Origin: an uncultured Gemmatimonadaceae bacterium
GTDB taxonomy: Bacteria > Gemmatimonadota > Gemmatimonadetes > Gemmatimonadales > Gemmatimonadaceae
Assembly: GCA_963740355.1 (NCBI GenBank)
Contig: CAVUDW010000003.1
Coordinates: forward strand, 1,984,001 to 2,048,000
DNA: 64,000 bases
Direction: 5' to 3'
The notes below the pieces were generated by a model. That model saw only the letters and a program-made list of their open reading frames with translations, searched no databases and had not been told where the DNA came from. Numbering within the stretch: position 1 is the first letter of the stretch; each line of letters opens with the position of its first letter. The position numbers and the translations under genes are program-made. This document shows positions 1 to 9,167 of this stretch, one piece after another.

Positions 1-195
1 CCGTTCGACTTCGATCGCAATCGCCTCGACCGACTGTTCGAGCCGCGAGAATCGGGAATCATCGATCGCCGGGGGCGCCGACGTTCGACGCACGAAACGA
101 TGCAGGTAGTAGTGCACGGCGACGCCCAGCGCGGTGAAGCTCGTTGCGAGGCCCACGATGATGATCGCGATTCGTGCCAGTGACGTGGTGTCCAT
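1..195 (-). CDS. Small membrane protein, runs off the left edge of the window
   Basis: Hand translation from the ATG at 195: MDTTSLARIAIIIVGLATSFTALGVAVHYYLHRFVRRTSAPPAIDDSRFSRLEQSVEAIAIEVER. One TM helix followed by an RLEQxVxAIAIEVER motif that I recall from Gemmatimonadota small proteins. Not in the ORF track. Confidence 0.7.
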   Translation of the reverse strand, partial: MDTTSLARIAIIIVGLATSFTALGVAVHYYLHRFVRRTSAPPAIDDSRFSRLEQSVEAIAIEVER

Positions 196-293
196 CGTGA
201 GTCGGTCTCGAGGGGGAAGCAGGGGAGTGAGGAGCCAATACGCAGCCGGGCTGAGACTGTTTCGTCGTTCGCCGACCACGCGGCCTCTGCGGC

Positions 294-1949
294 TCAGCCA
301 GCCGCCGCCGCACGACCGGCCGTCCGACCGCTGAAGATGCACCCGCCAAGGAAGGTGCCTTCGAGTGAGCGGTAGCCATGGACACCACCGCCGCCGAACC
401 CAGCCACTTCGCCCGCCGCATACAGGCCGGGCATCGGCCTGCCATCGGCTCCCAGGACACGCGCCTGCAGGTCGGTCTCCAATCCGCCGAGCGACTTGCG
501 GGTGAGGATGTTGAGCTTGACCGCGATCAGTGGCCCATCGGCAGGGTCGAGAATCGGCGCCGGCTTTGCGACGCGGATCAGACGTTCGGTGATCAGCGCA
601 CGCGCCGTCCGCACGATCGCCAACTGCGGATCCTTGCCGAACGGGTTGTGCACCTGCGCATCCCGATCGACGATCTCTCGCTCGACGGTCTCGAAGTTCA
701 CCTGATCATTGCCGATCAGCGCATTCATGCCCTGCACCAGCTCGGGCAGCGTGCGGCGGATGACGAAGTCAGCTCCCTTGTCCATGAACGCCTGCACCGG
801 CGATTGCACGGCTTTGCCCAGTCGCTTCAGTACCAGCCGGATGCTCTTCCCGGTGATGTCCGGATTCTGCTCACTGCCGGAGAGCGCGAATTCCTTCTTG
901 ATGATCGCCCGATTGAGCACGAACCAGGTGTAGGGGTGATCGTGGGTGGTGATGTACTGCAACGTACCAAGCGTGTCCGCGCCTGGGATGTTCGGATACG
1001 GAAGTCGTTTGCCAGTCGGATCGAGCCAGAGGCTGCTGGGGCCGGGCAGAATTCGGATACCGTGGTTCTTCCAGATCGAATTCCAGTTGCGCACCCCTTC
1101 CGTGTAGTGCCACATCCGATCGGGATTGATCAACCGTGCACCGGCCGCGGCGACCGACGCCTGCAGCAAGCCATCCACATGTTCTGGCACGCCGGAGAGC
1201 ATGAAGGCCGGCGCCTTGCCGAGTCGCTCTGTTGGCCAATGCTGGCGCACGAGATCGTGATTGCCGCCGATGCCGCCAGAGGTGATGATCATCGCGCCCG
1301 CAAACAACGCGAACTCACCGGTCGCCGTGCGCGAGCTGCGCTCACCCCGCGCAACCGTCGTCGCTTCCAGCACATCGCCGACGACACCGTGCACCACGCC
1401 ATCGGTGACGGCCAACTCCCGCACGCGATGGCGGAAGCGAAAGGTGATGCGGCCCGTCGCCTGATGTGCACGCACGCGTCGAAGGAACGGCTCGAGTACA
1501 CCTGGGCCTGTGCCCCACGTCATGTGGAATCGCGGTACGCTATTGCCCGACGCGCCTGCTCCCGCTGCGCCGCGCTCCGCCCAGCCCACCGCAGGAAACC
1601 AGCGCATGCCCTGTGCATGCAACCATGAGCGCTTCTCACCCGCGGCGAAGTCGACGTAAGCCTCAGCCCATTTCCGCGGCCAATGGTCCTCGGCCCGATC
1701 GAAGCCAGCGGTCGCAAGCCAGTCGCGCATCGCGAGCGCCTTGGTGTCGTGAATACCGACGCGGCGCTGCTCTGGCGAATCGACGAAGAACAGCCCGCCC
1801 AGCGACCAGAATGCCTGTCCGCCCAGGTTCTGCTCCCCTTCCTGGTCCAGCACCAGTACCGATCGTCCGGCATCGGCCGCCTCGGCGGCCGCCACCAGCC
1901 CGGCGAGGCCGGCACCAACGACGATGATGTCCGCGTCGTGTTCTGGCAT
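294..1949 (-). CDS. FAD-binding dehydrogenase (COG3573 / KsdD-like oxidoreductase)
   Basis: N-terminal VVGAGLAGLVAA dinucleotide-binding motif, LGGQAFWSLGG, C-terminal GLYAAGEVAGFGGGGVHGYRSLEGTFLGGCIFSGR. Confidence 0.9.
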   Translation of the reverse strand: MPEHDADIIVVGAGLAGLVAAAEAADAGRSVLVLDQEGEQNLGGQAFWSLGGLFFVDSPEQRRVGIHDTKALAMRDWLATAGFDRAEDHWPRKWAEAYVDFAAGEKRSWLHAQGMRWFPAVGWAERGAAGAGASGNSVPRFHMTWGTGPGVLEPFLRRVRAHQATGRITFRFRHRVRELAVTDGVVHGVVGDVLEATTVARGERSSRTATGEFALFAGAMIITSGGIGGNHDLVRQHWPTERLGKAPAFMLSGVPEHVDGLLQASVAAAGARLINPDRMWHYTEGVRNWNSIWKNHGIRILPGPSSLWLDPTGKRLPYPNIPGADTLGTLQYITTHDHPYTWFVLNRAIIKKEFALSGSEQNPDITGKSIRLVLKRLGKAVQSPVQAFMDKGADFVIRRTLPELVQGMNALIGNDQVNFETVEREIVDRDAQVHNPFGKDPQLAIVRTARALITERLIRVAKPAPILDPADGPLIAVKLNILTRKSLGGLETDLQARVLGADGRPMPGLYAAGEVAGFGGGGVHGYRSLEGTFLGGCIFSGRTAGRAAAAG

Positions 1950-2190
1950 GGATGCGTCGTCGGGTCAGGGAGAAGGTCAGCTGCAGTCTCGCGCGCGAGC
2001 TGGGAATCTCGCGCGACAGAAATCGGGTGCTGGAAAGTTGTGCAAGGGGCCGCCGCGCCGCACACCGCATCGGCGCAGAGGCTCGGCGTAGTTCGATCTG
2101 TGCAGCGCCATGCGCATGCGCGGGTGGGCGTTTGCCCTGATAACTTCTGGCGCACGCAGGACCGTGCGCCATCACACGCAGCCGCCCATC

Positions 2191-3129
2191 ATGCCCAATC
2201 ATCATCGCGTCGCAGTGGCGCAGTTGGCTCCCGTCGCGAATGCCGACGCTGCGATCGAAAGAATCGCGGAGTGGAGTGCACGCGCGGCGCAGGCAGGTGC
2301 GGAGCTGGTGTTGTTTCCGGAGGCGTTCGTTGGTGGATATCCTCGCGGCTCAGGCTTTGGAGCCTTGGTCGGTTCGCGGACGGAGGCAGGGCGCGAGGCC
2401 TTTCGCGAATACTGGGAGCAGGGCGTCGACGTGCCGGGCGACCGTTGCGCGCGCATGGGTGCGATTGCCGCGCAGCACCAGTTGTACCTGGTCGTTGGGG
2501 CGATCGAACGTGATGGCGGAACGCTCTACTGCACGGTGTTGTTCTTCGGCCCTGATGGCGCGCTGCTCGGCACACATCGCAAGCTGATGCCAACCGCGTC
2601 GGAGCGACTGATCTGGGGATTCGGCAACGGATCGACAATGCCGGTGCTCGAGACGCCGCTGGGCAAGCTTGGCGCCGTGATCTGCTGGGAGAACTACATG
2701 CCGCTGCTCCGAGCGGCACACTATGCAAAGGGCATCCAGATCTACTGCGCACCCACGGCCGATGGCCGCGACACCTGGCTGCCGAGCATGCAGCATATCG
2801 CGATCGAGGGTCGGTGCTTCGTGCTCAGCTCCAACCTCTTCGCACGTCGCGGCGACTACGCCGACCTGATGGCAGTGCCGGGCAGCGATCCGAATGAGAT
2901 CGTGAGCCGCGGCGGTAGCTGTATCGTCGATCCATTCGGCACCGTGCTGGCAGGACCGAACTTCGAAGGTGAAGCGCTGCTGACGGCCGACATCGATCTC
3001 GATGCCACCGTGCGTGGCAAGTTCGACCTCGATGTCGTGGGGCACTACGCGCGGCCCGATGTCTTCCGGCTCGTCGTGAATGAGGCGGATGTGCGGGCGG
3101 TGACCTTTGGCGATCTGCCGACTGCATAA
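2191..3129 (+). CDS. Nitrilase (carbon-nitrogen hydrolase, NIT4-like)
   Basis: Catalytic triad motifs FPEA (Glu), HRKLMPT (Lys), ICWENY (Cys); C-terminal DVVGHYARPD. Start moved to the ATG at 2191. Confidence 0.9.
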   Translation: MPNHHRVAVAQLAPVANADAAIERIAEWSARAAQAGAELVLFPEAFVGGYPRGSGFGALVGSRTEAGREAFREYWEQGVDVPGDRCARMGAIAAQHQLYLVVGAIERDGGTLYCTVLFFGPDGALLGTHRKLMPTASERLIWGFGNGSTMPVLETPLGKLGAVICWENYMPLLRAAHYAKGIQIYCAPTADGRDTWLPSMQHIAIEGRCFVLSSNLFARRGDYADLMAVPGSDPNEIVSRGGSCIVDPFGTVLAGPNFEGEALLTADIDLDATVRGKFDLDVVGHYARPDVFRLVVNEADVRAVTFGDLPTA

Positions 3130-3131
3130 CG

Positions 3132-3297
3132 CCCGATCAAGGGGTCGGAGATCTTGAACGGCGTTTTCGCGGTCTAAGCCCTTCGCGTTCTTGAAGTTGC
3201 GCCCCGATCAAGGGGTCAGAGATCTTGAAAGGCCTGATCTAGGCCTAAACCACCATCAATCACGCGGTTAGGCCTGATCAAGATCTCTGACCCCTTG
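3132..3297. repeat. REP-like palindromic element, family A (CAAGGGGTCAGAGATCTTGA)
   Basis: Direct copies at 3132-3158 and 3203-3229, plus a perfect 20-bp inverted copy at 3278-3297 pairing with 3209-3228; lies between convergent genes. Confidence 0.8.
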
Positions 3298-3305
3298 GTC
3301 TGGTG

Positions 3306-4190
3306 TTAGGCAGACTTGCGGCGGCGGGCGATCCCACCGAGCATCGCCAGACCGGTGATCATCAGCGCCCACGTGCCCGGCTCGGGGACCGTGCTCAAGG
3401 CAAGGCCCTGGACACCGTTCATCGCACCGATGTTGCCGACGAGGCTCGCGGCACCGGTACCCAGGTTCACCGTGTAGAGCTGGCTCGTCATGCTGCCGGT
3501 GGTCATGGCGGTGAAGTACGCCGTGTTCACACCGCCGACCGTCACGATATCGAAGCCGCCGATGGATGACAGCCCGGCAATGCCGAGGTTGCCAACGGTG
3601 CTGACTGCGCCGCCATTCGGATTCGAGACCAGCACCAGCTGCCCAAGCGTCGGGTCGATCGCGTACAGCATCGTACCGGTGGCCGGATCGGTGTCGGAGT
3701 TGGTGTAGGCCACGGCGGTGAAGGCCGGCACCTTGCCGAAGTTCACGTCGCCCATCGCGAAGGTGTAAGCACCGTCGACCGTCGTCGATCCGTCAAGCGG
3801 ATTGAGACGGAAGTTCGAGCCCGACAGACCGACCAGCCGGATGCGATCCACCGTGGGATTGAAGTCGAATCCGACGCGTGCGCCTGCCGTGTTGCCGACA
3901 TCGAAGGCGAGGGTCGCGACGCCAGTGCCGAGGTTCAGCTTGTACAACTTGTCGCCGTCGTAGCCGTACAACTCGTTGGTGGCCGGGCGGAAGTCGATGC
4001 CGGTGAGGCTGACGCCGGTGGCTCCGAGCGTGATCACGCTGCCAGGCGCACTCGGATTCAGGCGCACCAGCTGCTGCGCGCCCTGCGCGTTGGTGGTGAG
4101 GCCGTAGGCGGTGACCTGCGCCTCGAGCGCGGCGGCCGATGCGGCGAGCAGCGCCACTGCGGGGAGAGTCCTGCGAACGAATCGATGCAT
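3306..4190 (-). CDS. PEP-CTERM-sorted surface protein with DUF4394-like domain
   Basis: Signal peptide MHRFVRRTLPAVALLAASAAALEA; GIDFRPA, GFDFNPTVDRIRLV and AYTN motifs; C-terminal VPEPGTWALM-TM-RRRK; AGGAG upstream of ATG 4190. Confidence 0.85.
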   Translation of the reverse strand: MHRFVRRTLPAVALLAASAAALEAQVTAYGLTTNAQGAQQLVRLNPSAPGSVITLGATGVSLTGIDFRPATNELYGYDGDKLYKLNLGTGVATLAFDVGNTAGARVGFDFNPTVDRIRLVGLSGSNFRLNPLDGSTTVDGAYTFAMGDVNFGKVPAFTAVAYTNSDTDPATGTMLYAIDPTLGQLVLVSNPNGGAVSTVGNLGIAGLSSIGGFDIVTVGGVNTAYFTAMTTGSMTSQLYTVNLGTGAASLVGNIGAMNGVQGLALSTVPEPGTWALMITGLAMLGGIARRRKSA

Positions 4191-4415
4191 GTGAAGCACT
4201 CCTGCTGAGGGAATTGAACATCCGCAGCAGCAGAAGCATTTCGACGGATCGGTCCGACGCGGGTGGCATCGTACCGCACTCATCCATTGCATCAATCCGC
4301 GGACGTTCGGTGAACTCCGCGGGCGTACGACACGATGCATGCGATTGGATCTACGGTATCATCTACACCAAGCTCATGCATTCAACGGCGATGGCAGGCG
4401 TCGCTGCGCCCAGCA

Positions 4416-4712
4416 TCAGCCGCCTGCCATCGCCCCCACGATCAGTAGCGGCTCCTGCCCAGCCACCACGCTCGGCGGGAGCAACTCGTCGGGCGACTGG
4501 TGCGACAGGTCGCGCTCGCAGGCGAAGAACCGCACGAAGGCACGTCGCTGCTGCGTGACCTGATCCCGGATCGTGCCACGCAGCATGGGATGGCGCGCCT
4601 CGATTGCGTCCACCACCGACCGCTGCGTGACGTCACCGGCAACGTCGACGGTGATCTCACTGCCGACGTTGGCCAGCGCACGCAGCGGCGACGGCAACAC
4701 GACCCTGATCAT
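4416..4712 (-). CDS. MoaD/ThiS-family ubiquitin-like protein
   Basis: 98 aa, [11 protein letters not shown] start and C-terminal GAMAGG; ATGA overlap with the upstream gene. Confidence 0.85.
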   Translation of the reverse strand: MIRVVLPSPLRALANVGSEITVDVAGDVTQRSVVDAIEARHPMLRGTIRDQVTQQRRAFVRFFACERDLSHQSPDELLPPSVVAGQEPLLIVGAMAGG

Positions 4713-5824
4713 CGCAGCGTTTGGACTTCGACCGACAACACCGACGGCAGGTCGTGCACGATCGGCATCCACGAATCGCCCGAGTCGTTCGACGCGTAGA
4801 CCTGGCCGCCGGTGGTGCCGAAATACACGCCGCACGAATCGAGCGTATCCACGGCCATCGCATCGCGCAGGATGTTCACGTAGCAGTCCTTTTGCGGCAG
4901 GCCATTGCCGAGTGCCTCCCAGTCGTTGCCGCCGGTGCGACTGCGATACACGCGCAACTTGCCGTCGGGCGGGAAGTGGTGTGAGTCGCTGGTGATCGGG
5001 ACGACATAGATCGTCTCCGGTTCGTGCGCATGCACCTCGATCGGGAAGCCGAAGTCGGTCGGCAGGTTGTCACTCACCTCGTACCATTGATCTCCACCGT
5101 TGTCGCTGCGCATCACGTCCCAGTGCTTCTGCATGTAGAGCCGCTGCGGATTGGAGGGATGCATCGTGATGTGGTGCACGCAGTGGCCGACCTCTGCATC
5201 CTCGTCCGGAATGCCATTGGAACGCAGGCCCTTGTTGATTGGCGTCCAGGTGTCGCCGCCGTCATCCGTGCGAAATGCACCGGCGGCCGAGATGGCGATG
5301 AACATGCGCTTCTCGTTCGACGGATCGAGGATGATCGTGTGCAGGCACATCCCACCGGCGCCAGGTTGCCAGTGCGCACCGGAGCCATGTTTCCGCAGCC
5401 CAGACAACTCCTTCCAGCTCGCCCCACCATCGGTCGACTTGAAGAGCGCGGCATCCTCGACACCGGCATACACCACGTCGCGATCGGTGTGTGACGGCTC
5501 GAGGTGCCAGACGCGCTTGAATTCCCACGGATGTGGCGTGCCGTCGTACCACATGTGCGTGCCGGGGACGCCATCGTAGGTGAACGTGTTGTCCACCGGA
5601 TTCCACGTCACGCCACCATCATCGGAGCGCTGGATGATCTGGCCGAACCAGCCGCTCGACTGCGACGCGTAGATGCGATTGGGATCCACGGGTGACCCCT
5701 TGATGTGATACATCTCCCAACCCGGGAAGTGCGGGCCGGCCACCTCCCACTTCGTGCGCGCCTCATCCGACGTGAGAATGAACGCGCCCTTCTTGGTTCC
5801 GACCAGCACACGAACGCCACTCAT
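4709..5824 (-). CDS. BNR/Asp-box beta-propeller protein (WD40/YVTN/sialidase-like), no signal peptide
   Basis: Repeated SxDGGxTW Asp boxes ([41 protein letters not shown]); starts [13 protein letters not shown]. Confidence 0.85.
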   Translation of the reverse strand: MSGVRVLVGTKKGAFILTSDEARTKWEVAGPHFPGWEMYHIKGSPVDPNRIYASQSSGWFGQIIQRSDDGGVTWNPVDNTFTYDGVPGTHMWYDGTPHPWEFKRVWHLEPSHTDRDVVYAGVEDAALFKSTDGGASWKELSGLRKHGSGAHWQPGAGGMCLHTIILDPSNEKRMFIAISAAGAFRTDDGGDTWTPINKGLRSNGIPDEDAEVGHCVHHITMHPSNPQRLYMQKHWDVMRSDNGGDQWYEVSDNLPTDFGFPIEVHAHEPETIYVVPITSDSHHFPPDGKLRVYRSRTGGNDWEALGNGLPQKDCYVNILRDAMAVDTLDSCGVYFGTTGGQVYASNDSGDSWMPIVHDLPSVLSVEVQTLR

Positions 5825-5942
5825 CGCTCGCTCCACGGGGACAGGGTGAGGCCAAGTATAGGTGCGGGTCATGCCACGACTACGATTGCGCTTGGCGTTC
5901 CGCACCACCAGCGTTTGACTTCACTTCCTCGCCAAAATCATC

Positions 5943-6780
5943 GTGGCCTCCGAAACCCCTGAAACCCGAGCGGCGCCACCGGCACTCTCAGCCGAAGAGC
6001 TGGCCCGTTACGCACGCCACCTGACGCTTCCCGGTGTCGGCCTCGACGGGCAGGCGCGGCTGAAGGCGGCACGGGTGTTGATCGTGGGCGCCGGCGGGCT
6101 CGGCTCACCGACCGCGCTCTATCTCGCCGCCGCGGGGGTCGGAACGCTGGGAGTGGTCGAAAGGGATGTCGTCGACGTCACCAACCTGCAGCGCCAGATC
6201 CTGCACGGCACCGCTGACGTTGGCCGCCCCAAGCTCGATTCGGCGCACGACCGATTGTTCGCGCTCAATCCGAACGTGACGGTGGTGCCGCACGCCGAGT
6301 GGCTGACGTCGGCGAACGCGCTCAGCACTCATCGCCGACTACGACATCGTGATCGATGGCACCGACAACTTCGCCACGCGCTACCTCGTGAACGATGCCT
6401 GTGTGCTCCTCGGCAAGCCGAATGTGCACGGTTCGGTCTTTCGCTTCGATGGCCAGGCGTCGGTGTTCGCCACGGCGGACGGGCCATGTTATCGATGCCT
6501 CTATCCCGTGCCACCGCCACCGGGCATGGTGCAGAACTGTGCCGAGGGCGGCGTGTTTGGCGTGCTGCCCGGCATGATCGGCACCATTCAGGCGATCGAG
6601 ACGCTGAAGCTGATTCTCGGAATCGGCGAAACCCTCGCTGGCCGCCTGCTGATGATCGATGCACAGACGATGCAGACACGAACGTTGCCGATCGCGCGTG
6701 ACCCGGACTGTCCCGCCTGCGGCGCGCGTACGATCACGGCCTTGATCGACTACGAACAGTTCTGCTCAGTGGCACACTAG
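5943..6780 (+). pseudogene. moeB: MoeB/ThiF E1-like adenylyltransferase with a +1 frameshift near 6324
   Basis: First frame: RYARH, GAGGLGS, NLQRQ. After one extra A at 6324 the next frame continues ALIADYDIVIDGTDNFATRYLVNDAC, PCYRC, NCAEGG, CPAC. No C-terminal rhodanese domain. Confidence 0.85.
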
Positions 6781-6807
6781 GTCGTACCACGGGGCCAGCA
6801 GGACGTG

Positions 6808-6878
6808 CGAGCGTGGTCAGCTAGCTGCGCAGGAGGTTCTCGAGCGTGGTCAGCTAGCTGCGCAGCAGGTTCTCGAGC
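6808..6878. repeat. 33-bp tandem duplication spanning the trxC stop codon
   Basis: CGAGCGTGGTCAGCTAGCTGCGCAG(G/C)AGGTTCT at 6808-6840 and 6841-6873, one mismatch, then CGAGC. Confidence 0.9.
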
Positions 6879-7297
6879 ACGGCCATCGGCGCCGCACCAA
6901 CCTGCCGCGCCACTTCCTTGCCGTTGCGCAGGACGGCGATGGTTGGGATGCTGCGCACCACGAATCGTGCGGCGAGCGCTGGGTTCCGGTCGGTGTCCAC
7001 CTTCACCACCAGCGCCTGCCCGCGCTGACGGCGCGCCAGCTCTGCGAAGACCGGTGCCATCATCTTGCACGGACCACACCAATCGGCGTAGAAGTCGATG
7101 ATGACGGGGACGGTCGTCGAGGTCACAACCTGCTCGAAGGTCCCGTCCGTGAGCACCAGCGGCGTGTCGAGGGACAGCGGCGCCTGACAGGCGCCACATT
7201 TCGCTTGCGCGTCTGCGCGTGCGAGGTCAACCCGATTGAGCTTGCTGCAGCTCGCACACGGGATGATGGCTGGTTGCTTGGTCGTTGTGTCTGGCAT
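6854..7297 (-). CDS. trxC: Thioredoxin 2 (zinc-finger thioredoxin)
   Basis: N-terminal CASC...CGAC zinc motif, DFYADWCGPC active site, SIPT cis-Pro loop. Confidence 0.9.
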   Translation of the reverse strand: MPDTTTKQPAIIPCASCSKLNRVDLARADAQAKCGACQAPLSLDTPLVLTDGTFEQVVTSTTVPVIIDFYADWCGPCKMMAPVFAELARRQRGQALVVKVDTDRNPALAARFVVRSIPTIAVLRNGKEVARQVGAAPMAVLENLLRS

Positions 7298-7391
7298 GGG
7301 AGTTCAGGTGCAGGAAATGATGTGGATAACAGCGTGACGCGCGGCACTTCGCTTCGATTGTGGCGTAGATCGGGGTGTTAATCGGGGCGTT

Positions 7392-7423
7392 AATCGGGGA
7401 CACCGTATTCGGTGTCCCCGATT
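7392..7423. repeat. Single REP-like palindrome, family B
   Basis: AATCGGGGACACCG-TATT-CGGTGTCCCCGATT, a perfect 14-bp stem; same family as the arrays at 28.8 and 44 kb. Confidence 0.85.
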
Positions 7424-7453
7424 GACGGTCGCGCTGGCCGTCTGGATTCCATG

Positions 7454-7471
7454 ACTATATTACTGTATAGT
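7454..7471. promoter_or_regulatory. Putative operator (AT-rich inverted repeat) between divergent trxC and the methyltransferase
   Basis: ACTATA-TTACTG-TATAGT in an otherwise GC-rich region. Confidence 0.45.
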
Positions 7472-7527
7472 TGTTGTTGTCGTTCCGCCAGCCGGCGGCC
7501 AAACCTGGGATGTCACTTCTTTCCGTG

Positions 7528-8166
7528 ATGCCGATGAGCTTCTGGGACCAGCAGTACGCGACAGCCGACTTCAAGTACGGTACCGCCCCGAACGCCTTCC
7601 TGCTGCAGCAGGCCAGTCTCATCCGGCCGTCGGGTGATGTGCTGGTCCCGGGCGACGGCGAAGGTCGCAATGGCGTCTGGCTCGCCAGACAGGGTCACCA
7701 CGTCACCGCCGTCGACAGCTCGAGCGTCGGCATGGCCAAGGCGCAGGCGCTGGCGGCAGAGCACGGCGTCAGCATCAACACCATCGTCGCTGACCTCACG
7801 GAATGGACGCCAGCACCTGACTCGGTGGACGCGGTAGTCCTCACCTACGTGCATTTCACGCCAGAGCTGCGCACGGCGATTCATGGCCGGCTGCTGCGGG
7901 CGCTGCGCGATGGGGGCGTGCTGATACTGGAAGCGTTCCATCCTGACCACATCGGTCGCACGACGTTCGGGCCGAAGGACGTGGCGATGCTGTACACGCT
8001 CCAGTCGCTGCGCGACGACCTGGCGTCCGTGCCCGACGCGACCTTCGAGGAGGTCGTGGCGTGGGAGGGCGACCTCGAACTGGACGAAGGCCGCGGTCAC
8101 AAGGGGACCGGCCATGTCGTACGGCTCGCCGCGCGCCGGCTGCCACGCATCACGCAGCCGCAGTAG
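7528..8166 (+). CDS. Class I SAM-dependent methyltransferase
   Basis: FWDQQY...YGTAPNAFL; motif I VLVPGDGEGRNGVWLA, VTAVDSS, ALRDGGVLILEAF. Start uncertain (7510/7528/7534). Confidence 0.85.
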   Translation: MPMSFWDQQYATADFKYGTAPNAFLLQQASLIRPSGDVLVPGDGEGRNGVWLARQGHHVTAVDSSSVGMAKAQALAAEHGVSINTIVADLTEWTPAPDSVDAVVLTYVHFTPELRTAIHGRLLRALRDGGVLILEAFHPDHIGRTTFGPKDVAMLYTLQSLRDDLASVPDATFEEVVAWEGDLELDEGRGHKGTGHVVRLAARRLPRITQPQ

Positions 8167-8232
8167 CGCGCCGCCTGAGTCGTGCGCGGAACTCTCCCTG
8201 CATCGTCATCTCAATTCTGCCTTCAACAGACC

Positions 8233-8514
8233 ATGCCGTCATTCCGAAACAAGCCGGTCGATGTCGTCATCGACGTTCGCTCGAAACTCGAGTTCTGGAT
8301 GGGTCACCTCGATGGCGCGATCTGCATGCCCGTAGGGAGCATCGCCACCGAGATCGCGAAGCACCCTGCGATCACGCCTGATTCCAAGGTGCTCCTCGTC
8401 TGCGCCAGCGGTGCTCGATCCAAGGTTGCGGCCGGGATCCTCGCCTCACTCGGCTATCGGCGCGTGACGGACGCCGGTGCGATGTCGACGGCGCGACCGT
8501 TCTACGTGGCGTGA
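8233..8514 (+). CDS. Single-domain rhodanese (sulfurtransferase)
   Basis: VIDVRSKLEFWMGHLDGA and active-site loop VCASGARS. Confidence 0.85.
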   Translation: MPSFRNKPVDVVIDVRSKLEFWMGHLDGAICMPVGSIATEIAKHPAITPDSKVLLVCASGARSKVAAGILASLGYRRVTDAGAMSTARPFYVA

Positions 8515-8521
8515 GCGCGGG

Positions 8522-9109
8522 CTACCACGGGATGTACTGGTAACCATCCGCCTGCAGCACCTGCAATGCGGTCATGGCCGAGATCGCGACCTTCACCCCG
8601 GGAATCAACTCGTCCCGGCGAATGCTGCGAGCACCTGCGGTCTGGCCGCGGAGCACGAGTTGCGCGCCGTGCTGCAGGAGTTCCTGCACCAGCGCACGAC
8701 TCGGATTCGGCTTCCCACCGTAGCGGGCCGCGAACGCGGCATCGGTAAGCAACGCAGGCCATCCACTGCCGTGAAACACGGCCGCTGCCTTCACGCGCGC
8801 TTCCGGATACCCGTGGCGCACGTGCACGTTGTAGAAGCGCGCCACAGTGACCAGCTGCTCGTTGACCTTCACGGTGTCGCCACCACCGGCGTTGATGACG
8901 AACACCGCCTTGAACACGTGACCATCGGGCACGACGAAGGTGGGATCGTCCACCTTGATCGACATTCCCGTGGTCTGGATGACCGGCCCCGACGCTTGTT
9001 GTCCAGGAATAACCGGCGCCTGCGCCTGCGCCGACGATGCTGGCAGCGCGCACGCCAGCGCACCCAACAGCGCCGCGAGGCGCACAAATCGTCGCGGTGT
9101 CTTAGGCAT
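8522..9109 (-). CDS. Exported DsrE/DsrF-like protein (conserved Cys replaced by Arg)
   Basis: Signal peptide ending AQA; KAVFVIN, VARFYNVH, AAVFHG, NPSRALVQELLQHGAQLVLRGQT, SAMTAL...GYQYIP. Confidence 0.75.
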   Translation of the reverse strand: MPKTPRRFVRLAALLGALACALPASSAQAQAPVIPGQQASGPVIQTTGMSIKVDDPTFVVPDGHVFKAVFVINAGGGDTVKVNEQLVTVARFYNVHVRHGYPEARVKAAAVFHGSGWPALLTDAAFAARYGGKPNPSRALVQELLQHGAQLVLRGQTAGARSIRRDELIPGVKVAISAMTALQVLQADGYQYIPW

Positions 9110-9167
9110 GACACTCAGCAGACGGATGACTGAACACTGGGTCGGGCGAACGTTCATGCGTTGAACC

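Noticed and set aside
6310..6335. Programmed ribosomal frameshift in moeB
   Set aside because: No slippery sequence or stimulatory structure seen; a simple insertion or sequencing error is more likely.
7321..7329. DnaA box (TGTGGATAA)
   Set aside because: A single perfect box with no cluster, unwinding element or dnaA/dnaN nearby; not evidence for an origin.
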